Assembly (NCBI GenBank): GCA_018693855.1
Contig: JABHMO010000006.1
Span: forward strand, 1-53,003
DNA length: 53,003 nucleotides
Direction of reading: 5' to 3'
From: Candidatus Falkowbacteria bacterium
GTDB taxonomy: Bacteria > Patescibacteriota > Patescibacteriia > UBA11705 > JABHMO01
Shown here: positions 16,004 to 27,467 of the stretch, piece by piece
Numbering within the stretch: position 1 is the first letter of the stretch
Layout: the number at the start of each line of letters is the position of its first letter
The notes under the pieces: generated by a model
Told to the model about the DNA's origin: nothing
Databases searched by the model: none
Seen by the model: only the letters and a program-made list of their open reading frames with translations
Position numbers and translations under genes: made by a program

Positions 16004-16032
16004 ATATTACACGTTTACTAAAATTTTGTCAA
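16004..16032 (-). promoter_or_regulatory. TTGACA-N17-TAATAT promoter (197-aa orphan)
   Basis: Read directly from the sequence. The -10 overlaps the track's first ATG. Confidence 0.6.
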
Positions 16033-16133
16033 TACAAAAAAGAGCTTCCCGCTCTTCATGGTATTTTTTATTATTAAGTTAACAGTCAACCTTCGAGTCC
16101 CCTCAGGTTCTGCGAAATGTTAAAAGTTAAACG

Positions 16134-18113
16134 TTATAATCCTTTCTCAACCTCACGCTCTCGATAGATATCCAAAACATCACCAACTTCGATTAAAGCT
16201 TGTCCTTCAAACTCAAGACCACACTCTTGTCCTTTGACAACGTCTTTGATTTCTTCTTTTCCGACTTGAAGTTTATTTATTTTTCCTGAAGTAATAAACT
16301 GATCTTTTCGCAAAACAGCACACAGTGATCCAGCCTCAATTTTCCCATCAGCAACTTTTCCACCCAAAACCTGCCCTTTATCTGACTTACTAAACAGTGC
16401 CAAAACTTCAATTTTCCCTAGATCTTCACGAACAAGTTCTGTTTTAATAACTTTCTTAGCTTGAGCTTTGACTTCGTCAATAAGTTCGTAAATAATTTTG
16501 TATATTTTGATTTCTACTTCTTTTTCTTGCGCAAGTGACGCTGCCGCAGAGCTAGCAACTACATTAAAACCAAGTAAAACAGCACCTGTTGCTTCACTAT
16601 TTAATACATCACTTTCAGTAACACTACCTAATCCTCGTGAAACGATTTTTATCTTGAAATGGGTTGTTTCCATCTTTTTGAGTGACTCAATAATGGCTTC
16701 CTGACTACCAAGAACATCTGTTCGAAGAATTATATTTAATTTATCAATTTTATTGTCTTCGTCATTTGATTCTGCTTTTGATTTTATAAATGTTTCATCT
16801 TGACTTTGACTCATTCTATAAGTTTTTGTTTTTTTAGCTTTCTTTGGATCATCTACTGCTTCGATAATGTCTCCAACTTTTGGTGCAATTTTTAATCCCA
16901 AAATTTTAGCAGGCATAGAAGGGACTGCTTCTTTTACAATTTCTCCTTTATAGTTTTTCATCATTCGAATCTTACCATAGAGAACTCCATCAATACTAAC
17001 ATAGTCACCAACTCGCAGAGTTCCGTTTCGAACAAGTACAGTTGCAACTGGTCCTTCACCTTTATCAACGTGTGCTTCAATAATACTACCAAAAAACTCA
17101 CCATCAGGATTCGCCTTGATTGTTTCTTCATTAACATCAGTCACAAACAAAATCTGTTCTAAAATTTCATCAATATTAGTTCCCATTTTCGCAGAAATAT
17201 TTACAAACGGAGTTTTACCGCCCCATTCTTCTGATAATAGATTGTATTGAGATAGTTCTTGTTTTACTTTATCTGGATTTGCATCAGGTAAATCAATTTT
17301 ATTAACCGCAACAATAATAGGTACACCAGATTCCTGCGCGATTTTCAGAGCTTCAACTGTTTGAGGTTTTACACCTTCATTTGAAGCGACAACTAGGATT
17401 GCAACATCAGCAACTTTTGCACCACGACTTCTCATCGCAGTAAATGCTTCGTGTCCTGGAGTATCGATAAAAGTAATTTTTCTATCTTTTCGAGTTACTT
17501 GATACGCACCAATATGTTGAGTGATTCCACCAGACTCTCCTGACACAACATCAGTTTTCCGAATAGAATCTAACAGTTTTGTTTTACCATGATCAACATG
17601 ACCCATCACAACAATAACAGGTGGTCGTGTCTCCATATCACTCTGAGCTGAAATTGTTTCAGAAACTCTTTTTGCTTTATCAAGCTCTACTTTTTCATCC
17701 AGATTAACCTCTGTTGCTTCATAACCTAGATCTTCTGCGATAATAGCTGCTGTATCAAAATCAATACGTTGATTCATTGAAGCCATAACACCGTTTTTCA
17801 TTAACTCTGAAATTACAACTGTTACAGATAGATCAAGAATCTCCGCAAAATCCTTAACAGTTAAAACACTTGGGATCTCTGCCTTTTTATCAAGAATGAC
17901 GTTCCCTTCTTCATCTTTTTGCGTAATGCTCTCGTATTTTGCTTTTTGTTCTTCTCTTTTCTTTTCATCCCACCATGAACGAACAATTCGAGAAGCTAAT
18001 CGATCATCAACTTTAATAGCTTTTGCTCCAATATCAAAACCAAGACTTGGCAATTTTTCACGCAAGTCTTCTGTGCTAACCTTCAATTTTCTAGCTAATT
18101 CTGAGATGTTCAT
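16134..18113 (-). CDS. infB: Translation initiation factor IF-2
   Basis: Contains the GTPase motifs [13 protein letters not shown] and NKID. The length is 659 aa. Confidence 0.96.
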   Translation of the reverse strand: MNISELARKLKVSTEDLREKLPSLGFDIGAKAIKVDDRLASRIVRSWWDEKKREEQKAKYESITQKDEEGNVILDKKAEIPSVLTVKDFAEILDLSVTVVISELMKNGVMASMNQRIDFDTAAIIAEDLGYEATEVNLDEKVELDKAKRVSETISAQSDMETRPPVIVVMGHVDHGKTKLLDSIRKTDVVSGESGGITQHIGAYQVTRKDRKITFIDTPGHEAFTAMRSRGAKVADVAILVVASNEGVKPQTVEALKIAQESGVPIIVAVNKIDLPDANPDKVKQELSQYNLLSEEWGGKTPFVNISAKMGTNIDEILEQILFVTDVNEETIKANPDGEFFGSIIEAHVDKGEGPVATVLVRNGTLRVGDYVSIDGVLYGKIRMMKNYKGEIVKEAVPSMPAKILGLKIAPKVGDIIEAVDDPKKAKKTKTYRMSQSQDETFIKSKAESNDEDNKIDKLNIILRTDVLGSQEAIIESLKKMETTHFKIKIVSRGLGSVTESDVLNSEATGAVLLGFNVVASSAAASLAQEKEVEIKIYKIIYELIDEVKAQAKKVIKTELVREDLGKIEVLALFSKSDKGQVLGGKVADGKIEAGSLCAVLRKDQFITSGKINKLQVGKEEIKDVVKGQECGLEFEGQALIEVGDVLDIYREREVEKGL

Positions 18114-18152
18114 GTATATATACTATCAAATTTTGTAAAATTAGTCAATTAT

Positions 18153-18207
18153 GAATCGCAAGGAGGCTAAATGAGGCGAAGGAGGCTAAAGGAGGCTAAA
18201 AGCTAGA
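18153..18207 (-). repeat. Family-1 leader repeat, infB copy
   Basis: GAATCGCAAGGAGGCTAAATGAGGCGAAGGAGGCTAAAGGAGGCTA on the plus strand. Confidence 0.85.
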
Positions 18208-18254
18208 CAAAAAGCTAATTTTAGTGTATTGTTCAGGTATAATAAATTGGATTT

Positions 18255-18509
18255 ATGGCTAAAGTCAAAAAACCTTGGGATTTAATTTCAAAGGAGAAGC
18301 GATCTATTTTGATTGAGGCTATCATTACTTTTTTTGAAGTGGAAAGAGGTGAAGAGATAGGGATGATTGCGGCTGAACAAGTGCTTGATTTTATGTTAGA
18401 GCATACTGCTGAGGATATTTATAATCAGGGTGTATTCGATTCAAAAATTAAATTAAAAAATAATCTTGATAACTTAGAAGTCGATCTAGATCTATTAATC
18501 CATCAATAA
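18255..18509 (+). CDS. Small conserved protein, DUF2164-like
   Basis: 84 aa. The pattern SKEKRSILIEAIITFF...IGMIAAEQVLDFMLE...IYNQG resembles DUF2164 as I recall it. Confidence 0.5.
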   Translation: MAKVKKPWDLISKEKRSILIEAIITFFEVERGEEIGMIAAEQVLDFMLEHTAEDIYNQGVFDSKIKLKNNLDNLEVDLDLLIHQ

Positions 18510-18513
18510 ACTT

Positions 18514-19659
18514 ATGAAATACTTTTTTACATTGGGAATTCATCCAGAACTATCAATCTCTGAGATAAAAGCCAAACTAGAACAAAAAAACATTCTTTAC
18601 TCAATCATTACAAGACATGATTCATTTTTTGTAATTGAAACTGAGACTGAAATTGATTTAATCGATATATTGAATCAACTCGGAGGAACAATTAAGATCG
18701 GAGAAGTTGTTGAAGAAGTAAAAATGATTAATCAATCTGATTTACTTCACCACGTAAAAGTTAAAGACGATAAGAAAAACAGTTTCGGAATAAGTGGGTA
18801 TAACTGTGAGAATGATTTCAAAAGAGTTGGTTTAGGAATTAAAAAAGAGTTAAAAAATAAAGGATTTAGCATGAGATACGTAGATTCAAAAGAAAATCCG
18901 TTATCAAGTGTAATTGTACAAAAAGAAATTCTAAAGAAAGACGGGACAGAACTGTGTCTTTTGAAAAGTAACAACACTTTTCTTATCGGAAAAACGGTTG
19001 CAGTACAAGATTTTCAAAAATACTCTCACTTTGATTACGATAGACCAGAATCTGATAGTAAAAAAGGAATGTTGCCACCAAAACTGGCTCAAATCATGAT
19101 TAATCTTGCGGAAAAAAATATTAGTGACATAATTTACGATCCATTCTGCGGTAACGGAACAATCCTGCAGCAAGCAATCCTACTTGGACACAAAAAAGTG
19201 ATTGGATCTGATAATGACGAAGCTCAGATTGATAAGACTACCAAAAATCTAGCTTGGTTAAAGGAAAACCTTAAAAAAGAAAAAGTTGATTTTAGCGAAG
19301 AGATATTCCAGGCTGACGCGTCACATGAATCTAAACTAGAATCAAAATCAATTGACTTCATTGTCACAGAACCATTCCTCGGTCCCCCACTAAAAGGTTA
19401 TGAGACAGAAGGTCAAATTCGAAAAAATATTTTACAACTAGAACATCTATACGAGAACTCTTTCACACAGTTTAATAAACTACTTAGAAATGACGGTGTA
19501 ATTATAATGATAATTCCATCTTTCTATATTCAAGAAAAAGTTTATCACATCAACATCTCAAAATTACTTCCAAAAAACTTCACAATAATAAAAAATTGGC
19601 AGTACTCAAGAGAGAATCAGAAAGTGATTCGGAATATTTATAAGATTGACAAAAAATAA
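18514..19659 (+). CDS. SAM-dependent methyltransferase, UPF0020/Trm11-like (probable RNA m2G MTase)
   Basis: Motif I is DPFCGNGTIL. The motif IV variant is TEPFLGPP. Confidence 0.6.
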   Translation: MKYFFTLGIHPELSISEIKAKLEQKNILYSIITRHDSFFVIETETEIDLIDILNQLGGTIKIGEVVEEVKMINQSDLLHHVKVKDDKKNSFGISGYNCENDFKRVGLGIKKELKNKGFSMRYVDSKENPLSSVIVQKEILKKDGTELCLLKSNNTFLIGKTVAVQDFQKYSHFDYDRPESDSKKGMLPPKLAQIMINLAEKNISDIIYDPFCGNGTILQQAILLGHKKVIGSDNDEAQIDKTTKNLAWLKENLKKEKVDFSEEIFQADASHESKLESKSIDFIVTEPFLGPPLKGYETEGQIRKNILQLEHLYENSFTQFNKLLRNDGVIIMIIPSFYIQEKVYHINISKLLPKNFTIIKNWQYSRENQKVIRNIYKIDKK

Positions 19660-19674
19660 AAACTAGGTTAATAT
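19646..19674 (+). promoter_or_regulatory. TTGACA-N17-TAATAT promoter (170-aa orphan)
   Basis: Read directly from the sequence. It overlaps the 3' end of the methyltransferase gene. Confidence 0.55.
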
Positions 19675-19725
19675 ACACTTTCTGGTTAATTGACAACTCA
19701 CACCTCACAAAAGGGGAGAGATTAA

Positions 19726-20238
19726 ATGACTCTTAGGTACAGTAGACGTCTTCAATATAAACTCTATGGAATGACGAACCATCCAAATTGCCCTAATTTG
19801 TGGTTTAAAAAATTCTTCGTTCAAGACCTTGGCGCAACAGAAAAAAGAGAAGGTCCACTTTTTCTTGCTGTGAATAGAGCTGGTGATCCACTGACAAAAG
19901 AAACGATGACAGCAAAAGAGTATCGATTCTTTATAGCTTTTTCACTTGAGGTAACAAAACAGATAACATGTATTCAAAACAAATTGGGATATAGAGTTGT
20001 TTTTTGTAGAATGCTACTTCCAGATGATAAAGGTAAAAAACAATGGGCATTTGGAGCTTATCTCCATCCAAACCTTGAACCTGGAACTAGTCATTTTGTA
20101 CTCACAACAAACAAAGTATGGACACCCTGCGACCCCTTCTCAGGACTAGAAACCATCGAGCCATTTCCCAATTCAATAGATTTACCTTCTGGATTTTCAC
20201 CAAGGGAATATCTTCTTAAAAAGATGCCAACTAGCTAA
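19726..20238 (+). CDS. Orphan protein (170 aa), G+C-richer
   Basis: Has an AAAGGGGAGAG SD, the promoter at 19646..19674 and a hairpin plus T-run at 20268..20298. Confidence 0.6.
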   Translation: MTLRYSRRLQYKLYGMTNHPNCPNLWFKKFFVQDLGATEKREGPLFLAVNRAGDPLTKETMTAKEYRFFIAFSLEVTKQITCIQNKLGYRVVFCRMLLPDDKGKKQWAFGAYLHPNLEPGTSHFVLTTNKVWTPCDPFSGLETIEPFPNSIDLPSGFSPREYLLKKMPTS

Positions 20239-20311
20239 ATCGCAGTTGGTTTTTTGATTATAAAAATAACCGCGATTAATTTCGCGATTATTTTTTTTAT
20301 AATAATTTGCT

Positions 20312-21346
20312 TTATGCTTTTTTAAGTTTTCTCTTCTTCTCTCGTAAATATTCAAATACTCGTAGAGTCTTTGACTTTGTTTTGTTAAGAGCTAGCTCTT
20401 CAAATAAGATCAACCAAGCCCCCAGTTGGAACGTATTGTACCAAGCACCGAATAAGATTAAACCACCAACGAAAACGATTACCATTAAAATAGATATTAC
20501 AGTTAAACCGAAGCTTGAACCAGTGAACATTAGCATGAAATATAGTAAGATAAATGGTGCTAAAACAATGAAGAGTAAAATCACACCGGCCAATACTGCA
20601 AGTACATTAATTATAAATAGCAACAACCCCATCTCAATATTTAACAAAACATTCTTTCTAAATACGTGCCAAGCTTCTTTCAATGCTTGAAAAACGTTCT
20701 TATTCCTTAAAACAATGAAAGCTGTTCCGTAGATAGTTAAGAAATAGATTATAATTCCAAGAACAATGAAGACAACAAAAGAAACAATGATTATTATCGT
20801 ATCAGCAATCAAATTACCAGGCATGATGTTTGCGATTACGTAGATCACTAACAATAAGATACCAACGAACACAACTTTTGTTATGAAATTAAGTTCTAGA
20901 ATTGGCCAGAACTTTTCTAAACCTTCATTGAAAGACTGTCGGAAAGTTGTTTTTTTCTTTTGATCAGCATTTATCAATCCTTTTGCAATAGCGCCCTGAC
21001 TGATGACTGCTAAACTGATAAGAACTGCCAAGAAACAAAACGCCATGAGCAGTGTAAAGATTCCCATGCTAAAAGCACTGATGTCGTTTTGCCATAAATA
21101 CTGTAATCTTCCAAAAGAGATCATGCCAAACAAACCAGAATTCGAGTACTGTGTAACTGTGTAAAAGAAAGACTGACCAGTCGCAAGGTTACTGTACATG
21201 CTGTAAACAAATTCATACAAGTTACCATTACCAAGAAAAGCAGCGAAAAAACCAAATCCCCACAGCCATTTAAATTTCCAACTAACAGACAGCGCTCTTT
21301 TAAGAATTATTCGATAGAATGGAATCATATTTTTATAATGAGTCAC
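20312..21346 (-). CDS. Polytopic integral membrane protein
   Basis: At least 6 hydrophobic segments. The track start is GTG; an ATG alternative lies at 21328. Confidence 0.7.
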   Translation of the reverse strand: MTHYKNMIPFYRIILKRALSVSWKFKWLWGFGFFAAFLGNGNLYEFVYSMYSNLATGQSFFYTVTQYSNSGLFGMISFGRLQYLWQNDISAFSMGIFTLLMAFCFLAVLISLAVISQGAIAKGLINADQKKKTTFRQSFNEGLEKFWPILELNFITKVVFVGILLLVIYVIANIMPGNLIADTIIIIVSFVVFIVLGIIIYFLTIYGTAFIVLRNKNVFQALKEAWHVFRKNVLLNIEMGLLLFIINVLAVLAGVILLFIVLAPFILLYFMLMFTGSSFGLTVISILMVIVFVGGLILFGAWYNTFQLGAWLILFEELALNKTKSKTLRVFEYLREKKRKLKKA

Positions 21347-21478
21347 AAATCATGAGTCATGGATCACAGATCATGAATCATAAATCATCTTATGAATTAC
21401 TTAATCACATTATACCATTTTTTGAGGACATTGAGAATAACAGAATTTCTCTTGTTGATAAATAAATAATCAAAAATA

Positions 21479-21512
21479 AGAGTGGGAACACAAGATCTTG
21501 TGTTCCCACTCT
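21479..21512. terminator. Perfect 34-nt palindrome, ftsH terminator
   Basis: The sequence is AGAGTGGGAACACAAGATCTTGTGTTCCCACTCT. Confidence 0.75.
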
Positions 21513-21526
21513 GTAAAAGTAGTTTT

Positions 21527-23371
21527 TTATTTATCTTCTGTCTTCTTGTTCGCTTTTCCTTCCATTAACTCTAGGAACTCGTCCTTTTCAATTGTTTCTT
21601 TCTTTGCTAAATCAGTCACTAATCGATCAATCTTATCACGATTTTCGCTAATTGTCTTTTCAGCTGTTTTAACAGCTTGATTAATTAGCTTATCAATCTC
21701 GGAATCAATCTCTTCAGCAACTTTTTCACTGTAATTTCGTTGTTCTCGAATATCTCTACCAAGAAAAACTAATTCATCTTTCTCACCATAAGTTCTTGGT
21801 GCTAACTTCTCACTCATACCAAACTGAGTAATCAGCTTTCTAGCTAATTGAGTTGCTCGTTGCAAGTCATTTGAAGCACCAGTTGTAACCTCACCAAAAG
21901 TCATGTCTTCAGCAACGTACCCACCGAGTAGAACTGCGAGTTGATCAATAAACTCTGATCTTTTATGTAGATACTTATCTCGTTCAGGTAAATTCATTGT
22001 ATAACCAGCGGCTCTACCACGAGAAATTATTGAGACTTTATGAACTGGATCAGCGTGAGGTAGAATATAACTTATTAAAGCATGTCCTGCTTCATGAACA
22101 GCTGTTACCTTCTTTTCATCTTTTGATAAAATATGACTTTTTCGTTGCGGACCAAGTAAAACCTTTTCAATACTTTCAAGAACGTCTGATTTATCAATTT
22201 TCTTTTTATCTTGACGAGCGGCAAAGATAGCTGACTCATTAAGTAAGTTTTCTAAATCAGCACCAGAAAAACCTGGAGTTCTTTCTGCGACTTGTCGCAA
22301 ATCAACCTCTTTTGTTAATGGTTTTTTATGTGCATGAACTTTTAGAATTGATTCTCTATCGTTAATATCTGGTAAATCAAGAGTTACTCTTCTATCAAAT
22401 CTACCAGGTCGAAGTAATGCTGGATCTAAAACATCCGGTCTATTTGTAGCAGCAATCACGATAACATTAGCAGTTGGTTCAAACCCGTCCATCTCAACTA
22501 GAATCTGATTCAAAGTCTGCTCTCTCTCATCATGAGACCCACCAAGACCAGCACCACGTTGTCTTCCGACTGCGTCAATCTCATCGATAAACACAATACA
22601 TGGAGCGCTTTTCTTTGCTTTGTCAAATAGATCACGAACTCGAGAGGCACCAACACCAACAAACATCTCAACAAACTCTGAACCAGAGATGCTAAAGAAT
22701 GGTACACCAGCTTGACCAGCCACAGCTTTGGCTAATAAAGTTTTTCCAGTACCGGGAGGCCCCATTAATAGAACTCCCTTAGGAATTTTCGCACCTAGAG
22801 CGATAAACTTTTTAGGATATTTCAAAAACTCAACAATTTCTTCTAACTCTTCCTTTGCTTCCTTCACTCCTGCTACGTTTTTGAAAGTTATTTTATTTTT
22901 ATCATCCTTTTTAGCTTGCTTTACCTTGCTTTGCCCAAAGCTCATTGCTTTTGAATTTGCACCCTGAACCTGACGCATCATAAACCAGATAAAGACAACT
23001 ATTAGAAGCAATGGCAACAAGAATGGTAAAATCATACTTAACCAATACCCTGCTCCGCTCTCCGTTTTTATCTCAATTGGAATCTGTTGAATCTTTTCTT
23101 TCTCAACACCTAGATTATCAAGTAATGTTGATAGTGATTCTGAAGGTTCTTTATCAAGTGACTGTAGTGAATCATCAGTTTTTGTAATATTCAACTGACT
23201 TCCAACTACTTCAATCTTTTTTATTTCATTACTATTGATTTCAGCTATCAAATCCTGAGTTGTAATTGGTTCAACTTCTGATTCTTTCAAATTATACAAA
23301 CTGAAGATACTAGCAATTGCTAAAAATACTAGAAAAAATATCAAAATATTTTTCAGTAAACTTTTTTTCAT
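21527..23371 (-). CDS. ftsH: ATP-dependent zinc metalloprotease FtsH
   Basis: Contains GPPGTGKT, the SRH region and HEAGHA. Confidence 0.97.
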   Translation of the reverse strand: MKKSLLKNILIFFLVFLAIASIFSLYNLKESEVEPITTQDLIAEINSNEIKKIEVVGSQLNITKTDDSLQSLDKEPSESLSTLLDNLGVEKEKIQQIPIEIKTESGAGYWLSMILPFLLPLLLIVVFIWFMMRQVQGANSKAMSFGQSKVKQAKKDDKNKITFKNVAGVKEAKEELEEIVEFLKYPKKFIALGAKIPKGVLLMGPPGTGKTLLAKAVAGQAGVPFFSISGSEFVEMFVGVGASRVRDLFDKAKKSAPCIVFIDEIDAVGRQRGAGLGGSHDEREQTLNQILVEMDGFEPTANVIVIAATNRPDVLDPALLRPGRFDRRVTLDLPDINDRESILKVHAHKKPLTKEVDLRQVAERTPGFSGADLENLLNESAIFAARQDKKKIDKSDVLESIEKVLLGPQRKSHILSKDEKKVTAVHEAGHALISYILPHADPVHKVSIISRGRAAGYTMNLPERDKYLHKRSEFIDQLAVLLGGYVAEDMTFGEVTTGASNDLQRATQLARKLITQFGMSEKLAPRTYGEKDELVFLGRDIREQRNYSEKVAEEIDSEIDKLINQAVKTAEKTISENRDKIDRLVTDLAKKETIEKDEFLELMEGKANKKTEDK

Positions 23372-23391
23372 ACTTATTTAAGTGAATCAAA

Positions 23392-26300
23392 TTATTTAGT
23401 GTCTTCTTTCGGTTCTTCTTTTGTAGCTTCCTCCTTTGGTGCTGGAGTTTCTTCTGCTGGTGTTTCAACTTTACCGTAGATATCTTTATTTTCAGCAGCT
23501 TCAGCTTCAAATTTAGCAGCTTGTTCTTTGATCTTTGCGATCTCAGGCAAAATTTCTTTTGCTACACTTTCCAAACCTGTTCCAGCAGGAATCAGTCGAC
23601 CGATAATAACATTTTCTTTTAGTCCTTCTAGCTTATCTTCTTTTCCGTTAACAGCAGCGTTGATTAATACACGAGCTGTCTCTTGGAATGAAGCGGCAGA
23701 CAAGAAACTGTCAGTTGTTAATGAGACTTTTGAGATACCTAAGAAAACTTCTTCACCGATTGCTTGTTTTTCACTCTTCTTTAGTTCTGAATTTTCAATC
23801 TCATAAGCTGATCTCTCAACAACCTCACCTTCTAGTAAGCTTGTATCACCAGAATCTTTCACATAGATTCGTGAGAACATCTGTCGAGCAATCAATTCCA
23901 CATGTTTATCATTCAATTTCTGACCTTGTGAAGAATAGATATATTGAATCTCTTTTTGAATATAGTCTTGCACCTTTCGTTTACCAGCAATCTTGAAGTA
24001 CTGTTGCAGATCAAGATGACCTTCTGTCAATTGAGTACCTTTTTCAACCATGTCCCCATCTTTTACCCACAGAACAGTTCCTGGAGCAATGACATACTCT
24101 TTTTCCTTTTCAACATTATCAACAATCTTCAACTCTTTTTCACCCAATTCAATTCGACCAGCTCGTTTAGTTTTCACTTTCTTCTTATTCTCATCTAGAT
24201 ACAGAACATCTTTATCTTTTACAAACTCACCGTCTTTAACTTTGACAGCAAAATCAGCTTTTAGTTTGAATGTTTCTTCATCTGTATCGTTATAAGTAAC
24301 TTTAAGAAGTTTTTCACCAAAAGAACTTTTCGCTACGATCTCACCCTTTGGTCCTGTAATAACACGTTCTTTTTCTTGAATTGAAACTAAGCCACCAACT
24401 TCAGCAATTAAGGCTTTCTTCTTTGGAATTCTAGCTTCGAAAATTTCTTCAACACGAGGCAAACCTTGTGTAATATCAGAAGTTCCAGCTACACCACCGG
24501 TATGGAAGGTTCTCATTGTTAACTGAGTACCAGGTTCACCAATACTTTGAGCGGCAATAATACCAACTGAAGTACCTTTCTTAACAAGTTTGTTGTGAGC
24601 CAAATCAAATCCGTAACATTTTTGACAAACACCCTTTGGCAATTTACATGACAAGAGTGATCGAATTGTTACTTGCTCAATTTCAAGTCCTTCCATTGAT
24701 CTAGCTTTTTCTTCTGTAACAATCTCACCAGCCTTAACAATTTCCTTACCTGTTTTAGGATGTTTAATTGGTTCTAGAACAAATCGTCCTACAATCTTTT
24801 CAATAAGATTTTGTCCGAGTATTTTACATTCCTTTTGAGTAATTACTTTACCTTTTGTATCTCCACAGTCTTCTTCTTTGATAATTACATCCTGAGCAAC
24901 GTCAACTAATCGACGAGTCAAATAACCAGCATTCGCTGTTCGAAGCGCAGTATCAGAAAGTCCTTTTCTAGTACCATGAGTAGAGATGTAATATTCAAGA
25001 ACAGAGAAACCTTCTTTGAAGTTTGCTTTCACTGGCAACTCAATAATCTGACCTGAAGGATTTGTTACTAGACCTTTCATTCCAAGCATCTGAGACAGCT
25101 GTCCCCATGAACCACGAGCACCTGAATTAATCATTGAGTAAACAGGTCCTTCTTCGTCTAATATATCTTTTGTTAATGCTGTAACACTATCTTTTATACG
25201 TGTCCAAATCTCAATAATTTTACTGTATCTTTCATCAGCAGTTAAGAAACCTTCTTCATACTGTTGTTCTACTTGATCAACTTCAGCAATACCTTTCTTC
25301 ACTTGTTCTTGTTTTCCCTCAACGTCAGGTAGATCACCGATGCCCCAAGAGAATCCAGCTTTTGTTAACTGTTTAAATCCGAAATTTTTAATTCTATCAA
25401 GAACTTCTGCTGTCTTTTCAAATCCATAGTACTCTAAACAAAGTTGAACAATTCCTGCCATCTTCTTTTTATCAACAACTTCGTTATAAAATGGAATTTT
25501 TGATGGATACAGATCATTAAACAGAATTCTACCCATGCAAGTTTCTAAAATATTCTCTTTTACTTTAGCTCCTAATTCATCTTTTAGAACTCTTACTTTG
25601 ATTTTTTGACGTAAACTGATTTTTCTCAAATCGTAAGCTAGCTTTGCTTCTCTAACTGATGAAAAGATCTTAACTGGATCATCACTCTTCTTAATTGAAG
25701 TTACATAGAATGAACCCCAAACCATATCCATACTTGGAGCAGTTACAGGATTACCAGTTGCAGGTTTTAATAAGTTTCTACTTGAAAGCATCAGTTCTCT
25801 TGCCTCTGCTTTTGCTTCCTCTGTTAATGGAACATGAACCGCCATTTGGTCACCATCAAAGTCAGCGTTAAAAGCTGAACAAACTAATGGATGAAGTTGA
25901 ATCGCTTTACCCTCAATCAAAACTGGTTGAAAAGCCTGAATACCCAGTCTATGCAAAGTAGGAGCACGGTTCAACATGACGTGAGCGCCAGCGATTATCT
26001 CTTCTAGAATATCCCAAACTTCTGGTCTATCAGCTTCGATAAATCTGTTAGCACTTCTAATATTATGAACGTATTCACGTTGAATTAATTTACTAATTAC
26101 AAATGGTTTGAATAACTCTAAAGCCATCTTCTTTGGGATACCACATTGATGCAATTCCAAGGTTGGACCAATCACAATTACTGAACGTCCAGAATAATCA
26201 ATTCGTTTACCAAGCAAATTCTGTCGGAATCGACCTCGTTTACCTTTCAAATAATCAGCAATTGATTTTAATTTTCGTTTCTGTCCAGTTGAAGCAGTAG

Positions 26301-27444
26301 TTGTTTTACTTTGTCTTGCAGAGTTATCAATTAAAGCATCAACTGCTTCTTGTAACATTCGTTTCTCATTTCGGCAAATTACTTCTGGAGCATTTAGTTC
26401 CAATAATCTTTTCAAACGGTTGTTTCTTGAAATAACTCTTCTGTATAGATCGTTTAAATCAGAAGTTGCAAATCGACCACCATCAAGTGGTACCATTGGT
26501 CGAAGATCCGGTGGAATAACTGGCACAGCAGTTAAGACCATCTGTTCTGGTCTAATCTCGTTTTTATTTAAACTCTTTAGTAGTTTTAATCGATTAACAA
26601 GTTTTTTTCTTTTCAATTCAGAGTTAGTATCAACATCTTTACTAAGTTGCTTAATCTGAGCAGGTAAATCAACCTTGATTAACATCTTTCTAACTGCTTC
26701 AGCTCCAATCCCAGCTTCGAAAACATGTCCATATTTAAGAGACATATCTTGATATTCCATTTCAGAAATAATTTTAAGAGGTTGCAACTCTTTCAACTCT
26801 TTTTCAGTAGTACTGAAGTCTTCATTTAACTCTTCGAGTTCTAACTCTTGTTCTTCGTTGGCTTGTTTTATTGCAGCTAATCGTTCCGCCTTACCCAACT
26901 CTTTATTCGCTTCAATATTTGCAATCTTTTGAGCAAATTGAGCTGCTAAGCCTTTCTGTTTTGATTTATACTCTTTCTGTAAATTTTCTTGTTCTTCTTT
27001 TAACAGTTCCTCATTAACATCAGTCACTAGAAAACTACCAAAATAGATAATTTTTTCTAATTTTTGAATTGATAGATCTAAAACAAGACCAATCTTTGAA
27101 GGAACGCCTCGCAAAAACCAAATATGTGAAACCGGTACAGCTAGAGAGATATGTCCCATTCTTTGACGTCTAACAATTGCTCGAGTTACTTCAACTCCAC
27201 ATTTGTCACAAACAATCCCTTTATAACGAATTTTTTTGTACTTACCACAATAACATTCCCAATCTTTACTCGGACCAAAAATTTTCTCACAGAAAAGTCC
27301 ATCCTTTTCAGGTTTTTGAGTACGATAGTTAATTGTTTCGGGACGTTTGACCTCTCCAAATGACCAACTTTTAATATCGGCTTCTGAAGCTAGTTTCAGT
27401 TTAATTGAGTCAAAATCGTCTATTTTTAATGTATCTACTGACAT
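23392..27444 (-). CDS. rpoC: DNA-directed RNA polymerase subunit beta'
   Basis: Contains NADFDGD and the zinc-binding CYCGKYK...CDKCG. The length is 1350 aa. Confidence 0.98.
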   Translation of the reverse strand: MSVDTLKIDDFDSIKLKLASEADIKSWSFGEVKRPETINYRTQKPEKDGLFCEKIFGPSKDWECYCGKYKKIRYKGIVCDKCGVEVTRAIVRRQRMGHISLAVPVSHIWFLRGVPSKIGLVLDLSIQKLEKIIYFGSFLVTDVNEELLKEEQENLQKEYKSKQKGLAAQFAQKIANIEANKELGKAERLAAIKQANEEQELELEELNEDFSTTEKELKELQPLKIISEMEYQDMSLKYGHVFEAGIGAEAVRKMLIKVDLPAQIKQLSKDVDTNSELKRKKLVNRLKLLKSLNKNEIRPEQMVLTAVPVIPPDLRPMVPLDGGRFATSDLNDLYRRVISRNNRLKRLLELNAPEVICRNEKRMLQEAVDALIDNSARQSKTTTASTGQKRKLKSIADYLKGKRGRFRQNLLGKRIDYSGRSVIVIGPTLELHQCGIPKKMALELFKPFVISKLIQREYVHNIRSANRFIEADRPEVWDILEEIIAGAHVMLNRAPTLHRLGIQAFQPVLIEGKAIQLHPLVCSAFNADFDGDQMAVHVPLTEEAKAEARELMLSSRNLLKPATGNPVTAPSMDMVWGSFYVTSIKKSDDPVKIFSSVREAKLAYDLRKISLRQKIKVRVLKDELGAKVKENILETCMGRILFNDLYPSKIPFYNEVVDKKKMAGIVQLCLEYYGFEKTAEVLDRIKNFGFKQLTKAGFSWGIGDLPDVEGKQEQVKKGIAEVDQVEQQYEEGFLTADERYSKIIEIWTRIKDSVTALTKDILDEEGPVYSMINSGARGSWGQLSQMLGMKGLVTNPSGQIIELPVKANFKEGFSVLEYYISTHGTRKGLSDTALRTANAGYLTRRLVDVAQDVIIKEEDCGDTKGKVITQKECKILGQNLIEKIVGRFVLEPIKHPKTGKEIVKAGEIVTEEKARSMEGLEIEQVTIRSLLSCKLPKGVCQKCYGFDLAHNKLVKKGTSVGIIAAQSIGEPGTQLTMRTFHTGGVAGTSDITQGLPRVEEIFEARIPKKKALIAEVGGLVSIQEKERVITGPKGEIVAKSSFGEKLLKVTYNDTDEETFKLKADFAVKVKDGEFVKDKDVLYLDENKKKVKTKRAGRIELGEKELKIVDNVEKEKEYVIAPGTVLWVKDGDMVEKGTQLTEGHLDLQQYFKIAGKRKVQDYIQKEIQYIYSSQGQKLNDKHVELIARQMFSRIYVKDSGDTSLLEGEVVERSAYEIENSELKKSEKQAIGEEVFLGISKVSLTTDSFLSAASFQETARVLINAAVNGKEDKLEGLKENVIIGRLIPAGTGLESVAKEILPEIAKIKEQAAKFEAEAAENKDIYGKVETPAEETPAPKEEATKEEPKEDTK

Positions 27445-27467
27445 AGTATTATAATTATTTAGTAATA

